Assembly (NCBI GenBank): GCA_043228905.1
Contig: JBHGNT010000010.1
Coordinates: 11,656,001-11,720,000 of the forward strand
From: Azolla caroliniana
Lineage: Eukaryota; Plantae; Polypodiophyta
Direction: 5' to 3'
Length of the DNA: 64,000 bases
Shown here: positions 49,626-59,800 of the stretch, piece by piece
How the letters are laid out: each line of letters opens with the position of its first letter
How positions within the stretch are numbered: position 1 is the first letter of the stretch
The notes under the pieces: model-generated
Databases searched by the model: none
Told to the model about the DNA's origin: nothing
The model's input: only the letters and a program-made list of their open reading frames with translations
Made by a program: the position numbers and the translations under genes

Positions 49626-50603
49626 TTATCAAAGGCGAGAGTTGAGAACCTCTACTGCGGATAACTGACGTCTACGGTTAAAACCTAATACCCGGTAAAG
49701 AACATGAAGGAGAGAATGAACCGAGGAATGGCTAGCTCGCTCTGGACGGAGAAACTCGATAGATCCAATTATGCGTCTTCGTCATACAAGATGCACCAAT
49801 ATCTGCTCGGGCATGGCTATTAAAGTTATGTCGCCGGAGCTAACGATACGGCACCTAATGTGGCACACAAGGACCTGGCTTGGGAACAAGTGGCAAGCAG
49901 GGTAATGTAGTGCTTCATGTCCAGTGTCGGTGATCAGCTACTCAGCCATATCTGGGACGCCAAGATGCCAAAGGAAGCTTGGGGAAACCTCAAAAAGGTC
50001 TTCGTTGTAAACACCATGACCTGGAAGCTGCAACTCCAACAGGAGTTGAGCAATGTCTGATAGAAGGACATGTCGGTGGACAACTACACGGCCCGGATCA
50101 AAGACATCGACGACTTTCTTGCCTCCATCAACATCACCGTTGAGGAAGATGAGATGGTGTAGGTCTGTCTCGGGGGCTTGACGTTGAAGTTTGGAGCATT
50201 CCGAACTACGGTATGTACAAGGGAGAATACGCCCTCGTTTTTCGACTTACAGTCGATGCTCCTTATAGAGGAGAACCATGCGGGTGCCTCGACGAGCACA
50301 CACACCGACAACAAGATGTTGTACACGGAGGCAAAAGAACCTCGTGGTCGTGGTGGTCGAGGCGGATCGACACACAATGTAGGTGGCCAACAAGAGCAGA
50401 ATCAAAGGCACAAAGATGGTGCCGAAAGCAATTCCGGACCTTCTAGAAACAAGGGGAGTCAAAGTGGCACCAGAAACCGGTTGGGAAAGGCCGACACGGA
50501 ATGTTGGTACTACGGCAAGAAGGGTCACAAAGAAAGCGAGTGTTGGAAGAAAAGAGCTAATTCGGTCAAAGGTGAATCGGGCCGGAAAGACGCAAACAGG
50601 CGT
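49626..50603 (+). pseudogene. gag: Copia gag fragment lacking its LTR
   Basis: EKLDRSNYAS.SYKMHQYLLGHGY; FFDLQSMLLIEENH; CWYYGKKGHKESEC; homologous to 19837-20400. Confidence 0.8.
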
Positions 50604-51009
50604 TGTCGTAAAGATTTTCGGCAATAGTGTGAAAATCCCATAAAACGTACGAAATCGAGTATGAATCACGTAATACAATAATTGTGAAGATAACATTTTA
50701 AATAAATTTAATATCTAAGTACAAAATGATGGAGGTTTCGAATACACTTTATTACACGAGAAACGGACAACTAAATGTCAAGATATGAGGGTATAAAGTT
50801 TGTGAAAGGAAAAGAGAAAATTGTGAGATATCCCACATAGGCACGACAAATACGGCTCTCATCATATATAATGTAGAGCAAAAGATATTATCTTTGTGTC
50901 TATGTGTGGAGCATAGAGAGTTCAAGGTAACTTGAACTAAGACTGGAGGTGGGCTAGCTACTCGTAAAGGGTTTTGGCCAACCAAAACCGGACCGGCGAT
51001 GGAACCAGT

Positions 51010-51220
51010 GATCCGGCATCCAACGAGGCACCGGTAACCGACGACATCCGGCGGCGGCACCGGTATCCGGTGCCAGTGAGACGACGGCATCCGGCGCCGG
51101 TGAGACGACGGCATCCGACGAGGCACCGGTAACCGACGACATCCGGCGGCGGTAAGACGACGGCATCCCGGCGAGGCACCGGTATCCGGCGGCATCCGAC
51201 GAACCGGCGTCCGGCGACTA
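51010..51220. repeat. GC-rich short tandem repeats in the LTR of D
   Basis: Repeated GGCATCCG / GGCACCGGTA / GACGAC units. Confidence 0.75.
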
Positions 51221-51843
51221 GATAAATAAATATATAAATATATATACATATATACAAGGAGGGCAAGTAAGGATTCGAACCTTGCACCTCCAGGTTAGGA
51301 GTCAATTGGCTTACCATTAAGCCATGCTATTTAGTTCAAATTATATTTCTATCATTGTACTTTTACATGTAAATTCTCATACATGAGAGCTAAAATGAGT
51401 GACATGGTTATCATGCACCACATGTAATACATAAGCGCCAAATGGCAAACATGCAATTTATGCATGTCTTGTACCCTCACATGCATCATATGCATGAGAG
51501 CATCTATAAAAGAAGGAAGGGAGAGGAGAAAAACACTTTTTGTTTTTTATGATGAAATTAAGAAGAAGAAATTCGTTATCAAATTGATGGTGTAACTTGT
51601 TTCTTAAATCCAAAGATAAAAGTTCAATCAATCTCTCTCAATCATTTAATCTCAACTTCTCTCTTTCCCAATCAATCTTAAGTACTTTCTCGCCAAAGCT
51701 TGTACCAACTTTGAATCCTTCCGGTCCAGAACCCCGGCGGTTCCTCCTCACGATCCGCGCGTAGTGACGGATCTTCACGACATAATTAAGTGGTGAACCC
51801 GACGTGAAAGAGGCGGTAGGAAGGATCAAGTCGAGATTAATAC

Positions 51844-52998
51844 TTGGAGATTGCGTCCTCAAGCAACCAAGTGGGAGAGCTCGAAAGGATGATGCTAATC
51901 GTTGAGCAAATGATGAGATCTCGGGACAACGACGCGAGCGTGGAGAAGGCTGTCGATCATGACGTAGAGCTCGAGGGCCAATTCGATGGAAGGAACGTTA
52001 CGAAGTTCCTTGATGCATATAGAAGGGAGATGAATCAGAGGGACGTGTCCGAGGCACGTCAAATCGTAAGCTTCAAGAGAGTTGTCGCCAACAACATCCA
52101 AAGACGCGTCATCGAGCTTCAAGAAGGTAAGACAACATGGTCCGAGTTCGAGAAAACGATACTAGTGGAGTTCGTGACTGAAGACTCAACGAGGATGACT
52201 CGACATGCCCTGATGAAGTGGATAGAGAAGAAGAATAAGAAGATGAGCGTCTCGAGGGTGTACGATGAATTCGACCAGATGTTTAGTCGTCTCCCCAATA
52301 CGGACCAAGTGTTGCTTGAAGAGGACAAGACTTTGTACTTCTTGAAGGCCGTGGACATAAAGGATAGACGGGAGTTGGGGACTCTTCTCGAAGATGATAC
52401 CCAAGCAAATGGGCTCGTAGCGGACTGGATCGCGGTGAAGCGGGCATGCAATAGGCTCGACAAGCGTCGCCAATGGGTTGATGACACCGACTTGACGGGA
52501 TCGACTACCACGGAGAAAGCAAGACCGCCGAAAGTAGCTGAGCCGCCAAGACAAAGTAACGTGGAAGAAAAGAAGATTGATGACGACATCATTGAAGAGC
52601 TAGCGAAGAAGTTCGAGAAGGTCACGCTAGCCAACATGAATCGTCGGGGGCCTAAAGGAAAAGAACCCTTTAGATGCGTGTGGTGCGATAGCATGGACCA
52701 CATGAGAAGGGATTGTGCGAGCCTTCGAGAGGCGATTCGACAAAATATCGTATACATAGAGGACAACATGATCTGCTCAAGCGAGACTAGAAGACCCCTA
52801 TGGGTGAATCTCGGAAGAGGAGGAATGAAGAAATCTATGGAGGATGCCGATGCCACTCATGTGGATGCGATGCACTATGCTGCGTCGAACGGAATAAGAG
52901 TCGGGAAAGACAAGACTGAAGCTACTAGAGCGGGAGCAAAGGTTTGGACTTCCGTTCTCGAATATGAGAAGAAGGGAAAGTCACATCGAACGAGGTAG
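51844..52998 (+). CDS. gag: gag of element D
   Basis: FDGRNVTKFL; CVWCDSMDHMRRDC zinc knuckle; downstream continuation broken by stops. Confidence 0.8.
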   Translation: MEIASSSNQVGELERMMLIVEQMMRSRDNDASVEKAVDHDVELEGQFDGRNVTKFLDAYRREMNQRDVSEARQIVSFKRVVANNIQRRVIELQEGKTTWSEFEKTILVEFVTEDSTRMTRHALMKWIEKKNKKMSVSRVYDEFDQMFSRLPNTDQVLLEEDKTLYFLKAVDIKDRRELGTLLEDDTQANGLVADWIAVKRACNRLDKRRQWVDDTDLTGSTTTEKARPPKVAEPPRQSNVEEKKIDDDIIEELAKKFEKVTLANMNRRGPKGKEPFRCVWCDSMDHMRRDCASLREAIRQNIVYIEDNMICSSETRRPLWVNLGRGGMKKSMEDADATHVDAMHYAASNGIRVGKDKTEATRAGAKVWTSVLEYEKKGKSHRTR

Positions 52999-53981
52999 AG
53001 CTTGCGGACCGAAGCGTGCAAAGCATAACCGGGTGGTCGGATCCGGTGGACGACAACACCATACTCGTAGAGGTGATGTGCGACAACCACGAGGTGTTCG
53101 TCGAAGAAAAGAGAAAGAGAATAGAAGAGCAAGGCCCATCTAAAAGACATGAAACAAGGAACGCGAAAAAGAAGGACGATGCGGAGACGAGTCGACCTTT
53201 ACAATCGGAGGAATGAGAATCAAGCCGAAAAGGGGAGCCGAGCATACGAGTTGAAGAAACGGTGCGGCCCGTGAAGGTTGGTGTCGAAGACCCCACTCGG
53301 AGGACTAGGACTATACCTACCTATAAGCTAAGGTCGGACATAGAGCAGACAACGGACCTAAAGAAGATTCTCGAAGAACGAGTTCTTGATAGCCACGTAA
53401 CTTTGTCCTTGAGGGAATTGCTTGGCATTACGAAGAAGGAGTTCCATGACACGATCGTGGACCTTGTAAAGAGAAAGAGACATGTTAATCGGCTAATTAC
53501 TAACTACTACCGATACAGAATAGTGAACGTCGCTACTCAACGTTCTAACAAGGAATTGTGTTTTACGAACGGAATTATACTATATTAATCGGTAATTACC
53601 GTGATCGTTACTTAGTTATAAATTAGGAAGCTTGCACTTAACAACATAGACAATAGAAAGGACACAGAATCCGTACATGATATTCCTAACTTAAACTTAT
53701 ATTACTAAATAAACGACCTTTCTTACAATGCCTTCGGTTCCCTTTTATAGGTATACCGAAGGTCTTTCTCATCAAGAACTATTCCTACTTACTATCAAGA
53801 ATTACAAAATTATCTAACTAACTTAGTTCTCTTCGTTCACTGCTGAGTCATTGATCCGAACAGTCGATCCGAACCGACTCCGTTTTCGACGCTTTCCCAC
53901 TTGTTCGGTAAAACTGACTGTCCGGGTCCAGGTAACACTTGGCACGTCCGTGGGCCAGGACCTTGTCCAGCGAACCCACGT

Positions 53982-56639
53982 CTATTCCTGTAGCTCTTCA
54001 TCCGAATCGTTCAGAATATCAAAAATCGAAGGCTCTTCTGGCCTTGGATGTATTCCATCTATATCTTCCTCTTCATCTGTGTCACAGTCGTCATTCGGAG
54101 CAGGTTTTGAATGTTGTGATTCGGTTGGCTGCTTTGGTTCACTTCTTCCGGGAGTTTGAAGACCATGAGTCTTGCTGGTTCTTTCAGCTTCAATTTTATC
54201 CAACTGGACGGAAGTGCCTATATCATTTTTGTCGAATTCTTGCATAATACGTTGAATTTCTTCTCTGTAAAATGCCGCAATTTCGTCCATATCTTTCATG
54301 ATATCCTCTTGGATATTGTCAATATCCTTTTGTGATATTTTAAAAAAACCTGCACCTTGGACCTGACGGTTATTTTTGTCGGCACGCAATAACTGTAATT
54401 CCGCCGCTTGTGCCGTCCATAACTTCCATCCTTGCGCAAGGGATTCATCAATCATTTCCTTTGCTAGGTTTCGATGTTTCCCTATGATGCGCTGCACTTT
54501 GTCCCTAGTGATGCTTGCGACGAATTGAGCGGCTTGCAACTCTTTCCGTAAATCCATAATAGTGGCTCGGTTTTCACTTTCAGCCCGCATTAGTTTGGAT
54601 TCGACTACATATATGTCCAGCCGCCTTTGTTCCGATATCTTCCGAATTTCGTTCAATTGTTGTTCGAATGCCGATTTCTCTTTGCTCCATTCCTCCTGGT
54701 GTTCCGTAATTCTTCTGTTGACTTCTTCAAGACTCCGCTCTTTTTCTGTCAATTGACTTTCCTGTGACACTATATACCTTTCGAATTCTTCAATTTGTTC
54801 GGTATATGTATGATTGGCCGTCTTAGCTTCTTCCAGATTTTTCTGTAATTCGTTTATTAATTGATTTTTTTCTTCGAGAACTTTGTATTGGCCATTCTGA
54901 ATGGTTTCTATTTGTTTTTCTAATTCTGTAGTTCGAAATACAGCATTGTTGGCCCTTGTTGTTTCTGCTTGTCGTGCTTTCTCAGCGTCCTCCAATTTCT
55001 GTTGCCATTCTGACTCCGACGCCATATGCCGTTCCTGTGTTTCCCATTTGTTTAGACTTTCTTTTAGTTCTTTATTTTCTGTCTGTATGTTACAAAACTG
55101 ACGTTTCAGCACCTCCGCCGATGCTGATACACTTTTGTATCTTTCAGCCATATCACTGGCTGCTTTGCGTGCCGTTTCATATTCTCTATGAATTTCGACC
55201 AGTGCTTCATGTAATGGTGGCATTTCAATAGCCTCCCCTCTATTCTGTGCATTTCTTTTCCGGCCGATTTTCTCTATCTCTGCTTTTTCTTGAGGTTCCA
55301 ACACTCGTAAGGCCTTCTGTATCATTATTCGGTCATTATGTTCTTGAGCTAGCCGTTCTGATACTTCTGTCAATCTTTTAGCCAACCATTCAACCAGTTC
55401 GTATGAAGTTCCGAACTGTAAAATGGCAGCTAATTCATGTGCTGCTGGTGGAATATCCAAGCACCCATGTGCTTCCCGAATTGCTACTTTTGAAGATTGT
55501 CCTTGTTGAAGTTGTGTCGAAACGTTCTCATCCCCTGGTTTTATTACTTCTGCTACTACAGGCGTATTCGAATTTTCCTTTGTGCGTTGCCTTTTCGGTG
55601 CTGACCCATCACTGTTTTCTAGTTGGAATTGCCGATTAGCCCTTTGTTTAACCCTTGTCCTTTGTCGCATCTTCTCTGCTTGTTGTCGATTTTCTGTCGG
55701 CTGCGGCTTGTTTATCAAATGGTCAACTGTTTCTTGTTCGGCTGCTGGTTGCCTGTTTTCGGAATTCTCTGGTCTTGGTGGTTCCGACTGAGGCATCTCC
55801 GTTTGTATATTATCGGCATGTGCCGATTCTTCCTCTATCCATTCTTCATGTACTACCTGTCGGTGTCTTCGGGGTGCTTGTACTATCGGTGGTCTTCTTG
55901 ACTGAACATGAGTTTCCGATTCTTGAATCCGAAACAATACCGATAGCCAACGACCAAAAATTTGCTTCATTGGTTTTCCTGTTTTTACCCCTTGTAGTTG
56001 CTCTCTCAGAGCTTCCCCCGACAATAGTGGCCAGTTGAAATCCTCTTTTTCGTATGCGGCTATGATAAACCCAGCCCTTTTTTTCGGCATACAATAAAAA
56101 CGAGGACTGACAAATCCCACCTCTAATAAAAATCTAGCCACTTCATGGAAAAACTCATCCCGACCTCCATAAGTCTGATATGCTTTTGTCGAGGGTGAGT
56201 ATTCCCCGAAATACGATTGGAGTGCTTCTGATGAAGGTTTTTTAACTGCCTCAAAGCCTCCTCTTGGCATCTGTAATGCATTTCGTATTTTCTTTGTGGT
56301 GACCTTGGTGATGTCTAATTGTTGTACCAATTCTTCCGCCTGCGGATGAGGTTCCGCTTCTACTACTTTGATGAAACCTTGTAAGTTTCTCTCATGAAGC
56401 CACCGTCGCAGTTCTTCAGACACAGGAATCGGCATGACTTCTGTGTTTGCTTGTTCTGAATCACTTGTCGATGACGGTTGGAGATCTGCACAGCTTCTGT
56501 AGCGATGAAAATCAGAAAAACAGAGTTTGGGCGAGCTAGGGCACGAAGGCTCAGAATGTTTCGATATCTGCACTCGTTTCTGTTGCTTTGGCGACAAAGA
56601 AGATACAGAAATATGGTTTAAAGATATTAACTTATGCAT
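53982..56639 (-). CDS. Extra 3' ORF of B, 885 aa, long coiled coil, unknown function
   Basis: Intact frame between INT and the 3' LTR; homologous to fragments in A. Confidence 0.8.
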   Translation of the reverse strand: MHKLISLNHISVSSLSPKQQKRVQISKHSEPSCPSSPKLCFSDFHRYRSCADLQPSSTSDSEQANTEVMPIPVSEELRRWLHERNLQGFIKVVEAEPHPQAEELVQQLDITKVTTKKIRNALQMPRGGFEAVKKPSSEALQSYFGEYSPSTKAYQTYGGRDEFFHEVARFLLEVGFVSPRFYCMPKKRAGFIIAAYEKEDFNWPLLSGEALREQLQGVKTGKPMKQIFGRWLSVLFRIQESETHVQSRRPPIVQAPRRHRQVVHEEWIEEESAHADNIQTEMPQSEPPRPENSENRQPAAEQETVDHLINKPQPTENRQQAEKMRQRTRVKQRANRQFQLENSDGSAPKRQRTKENSNTPVVAEVIKPGDENVSTQLQQGQSSKVAIREAHGCLDIPPAAHELAAILQFGTSYELVEWLAKRLTEVSERLAQEHNDRIMIQKALRVLEPQEKAEIEKIGRKRNAQNRGEAIEMPPLHEALVEIHREYETARKAASDMAERYKSVSASAEVLKRQFCNIQTENKELKESLNKWETQERHMASESEWQQKLEDAEKARQAETTRANNAVFRTTELEKQIETIQNGQYKVLEEKNQLINELQKNLEEAKTANHTYTEQIEEFERYIVSQESQLTEKERSLEEVNRRITEHQEEWSKEKSAFEQQLNEIRKISEQRRLDIYVVESKLMRAESENRATIMDLRKELQAAQFVASITRDKVQRIIGKHRNLAKEMIDESLAQGWKLWTAQAAELQLLRADKNNRQVQGAGFFKISQKDIDNIQEDIMKDMDEIAAFYREEIQRIMQEFDKNDIGTSVQLDKIEAERTSKTHGLQTPGRSEPKQPTESQHSKPAPNDDCDTDEEEDIDGIHPRPEEPSIFDILNDSDEELQE

Positions 56640-56847
56640 TATGACTAAAGAATAGTAATTGCTATTAATGTAGGAATTAATTAGTATTAACTCTACGTGT
56701 AGTGGTTGTACTACTTACTAATAATCATGCAATTCCTCTTTCTATTTATAGTCGATTCAGACTGTTATGGCAAGATTCTATTTCTGCATTTGACAAGAAC
56801 TATTGAGTGAGTTAGTTAGTTTTTTTTTTTTTTTTAATTTTTTTTTT

Positions 56848-59800
56848 TTACTCTTCCGTTTGAATAAACGAGTTTACCGGCATATCTCCCAAATACGGTT
56901 TAAGCCGGAATCCATTTACCCATTTCGGTAAAACCTCTCCGGTTAATGATCCCAGCTGATACGTACCATTTTTACTATTAATTATCCATACTGGACCTGT
57001 CCATCTATACCGGAGTTTCCCAGGCATAAGTCCCATTTTCGTCTGGAATACCAATACCGGTTTCCCAATTTCGAATTGCTCTTCCGATTTCCTTCGATGT
57101 CGATTTACGAATGCCTTGATTTGTCTCTGCTTGTGTTCTAGTGTTGACATTGATTGAATCCGTTCTTCTTCTAATACTAATAAAGCCTCTTTGCGTATCT
57201 GCTCCGATTCTATTTCATTTAACTTATTCGTCGGTTGGATACGAAGTGTCGGAATTTGAAATTCGATCGGCATAACGGCTTCAAGTCCGAATGCCATTCG
57301 GAAAGGTGTTGATTTAATGGATGTTTTGTACGAAGTACGATATGCCCATAATGCACTATTTAACTTTTGATCCCAATCAGTACGATTTTCATTCACTATC
57401 TTCTTTAAAATTGTTTGAATTGTTTTATTTGTCGATTCTGCCAATCCATTAGCTTGGGGATAGTAAGGCGTACTTTTCTTATGAACTACGGCATAATAAT
57501 TAGTTAATTCGTTAATTAACTTGTTAATAAAATGAGTGCCTTGATCGCTTACCAATTCTATTGGGCAACCGAATCGACACCATATATTTTCATACAGGAA
57601 TTTTGCAGTGGATGCTGCTGTATTGTCTCTGAGAGCTTTTGCTTCAACCCATTTTGTGCAATAGTCAGTCGCAATTATGATATATCGATTACCAGTTCTT
57701 GCAACTGCTGGTTTGAATGGGCCAACAAAATCTAAGCCCCATTTCTGAAATGGCTCAAGAGGTAAAACCGGTTGAAAAGGCATTCGATCCTTTTCGGTCG
57801 GTTGCCCCATTCTTTGACACAAATCGCATTTCTTACAGTATTCGTTAGCATCTTTCATCACCGTTGGCCACCATAACCCGCTATTCCATATTTTTCTGGC
57901 TGTTGCTTCTCCTGCGTAATAACCGCCAACAATTCCACAATGTGACTCTGTTAATATGGCTAATTTTTCAAATTTCTGTACTGCCCTTCGCCATATTCCA
58001 TCCGCTCCTTTATGATACAACATGTCATTAAATAAACAAAAATTTCGACTTCGTAATGCAATTCTTTTTCTTTCATCTGTCGACATGTGTTCGGCCGGAA
58101 TTCCTGTTGATAGAAATATCGTCATTTCGGAAATCCATTCATCCTCTTTTTCCTCATTCATTTCTTGTGTTTTTACTGCCTCAACCCGAAATAATTGAGT
58201 ATCTGGAAAATCATCTTTAACACCAACCGCTTCTTCTCCAGATTCAAGCCGACTGAGATAGTCAGCAATCGCGTGCTGTGCTCCTGGTCGATGTATAATG
58301 TCGAATTCAAACTCTTGAAGCAATAACGTCCATCTGGCTAACTTGCCTGTCAATTCTTGTTTGGAAACTAGATACAGTAGAGCCGAATGATCCACATGAA
58401 ATGTAAATTTCTTACCCAAAAGGTAATGTCGAAATTTGTTCACACTATATATCATTCCCAAAGCTTCTCTTTCGGTTGTTGAATAGTTTCTTTCGGCCGA
58501 CGAAAGTTTCCTACTGGCATAGTATACCGGCCTATACCAGTTTGGTTCGGATAATTGCATTAAAGCACTGTCTATGGCAATGTCCGACGCATCGACGAAA
58601 ACATGAAATGGTTTGTTCCAGTCCGGTGGTTGAACTACCGGAACCTTTGTCAGCATCTTCTTGAGACATTCGTATGCATCTTGTTCTATACTTGTCCATA
58701 TAAAAGGAACTTTGTGTACTGCTGTGTGTAACGGAATAGCAATGTCTGCTAGATATCTCATCATTCTACTGTGCCACCGAATTTGACCCAAAAATCTACT
58801 TAGAGCTTTAGCATTTGTTGGTGGTGTTGCCTCAATAATTGCTTTAACTTTGTCTGGGTCCACTGCAATCCCTTCTTGACTGACAATATGCCCAAGTAAC
58901 GTACCACTCATTACTCCGAATGCGCATTTGGCTGGATTTAAGCTAAGATGCCCTTTTCGACATTTTTCTAAACATAGCCGTAAATGCTCAAAATGATCAG
59001 CTTTCCGACTATATACCGCAAAATCATCTAAAAACACCTGCATGAAAGCTGGAATATATTCCCCGAATATTTCCTGTATTACCCGCTGAAATGTAGCTGG
59101 AGCTGTTTTTAAACCGAACATCATTACTACTGCCACAAAGACACCCTATTCTGTGACAAAAGCTATCTTTTCCTGATCTTCCGGATTCATCTGTACTTGG
59201 TTGTACCCACTGAACCCATCCAAGAAACTATAAATTTCATGTCCAGCTACTGCATCTAATATCCCATCTGTGAATGGCAACGGAAACGCATCCGTAATTG
59301 TCGCTGCATTCAATTTTCTGTAATCCACACATACGCGAATTTTCCCATTCTTTTTTGGGACTACTACTATCGGACTCAGCCATGTTGATTTTTTGACGGG
59401 TCGAATAAATCCTACTTTTAAGAGTTTATCGATTTCTTCTTTTACTTTGATAGCATAATTCGGATTCAACCTGTACCTGCGTTGTTGTACTGGCTTTGCA
59501 TCTTTATGCAAATTGATTTGATGTTGACAAAAAGCGGGATCCAGACCTTTCATATCGTCAAACGACCATGCAAAAACATCTTTATATTGTAATAGTAATG
59601 TTGTTAATGTCCGTTTGTCATTTTCCGCCAAATCTCTAGCAATCAAGACTGTTTTTCTTTCACCATCCTCTACTCCTGCCAAATCGATCTCCTCCAATGC
59701 TGAGGCTTGCACTCTCTGCGATACCTTCATTTCCTTATCTGTAGCTTCTTGTTGCATTTGTATTTCTTTCATTGTTTGCTTATCTATTGGCACTTCTTCG

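Noticed and set aside
51258-51325. Functional tRNA gene
   Set aside because: Boxes are present but acceptor and anticodon stems pair poorly, and it lies inside an LTR.
53982-56639. env gene or captured host myosin/SMC gene
   Set aside because: No transmembrane segment or motor/ATPase motif seen; only generic coiled coil.
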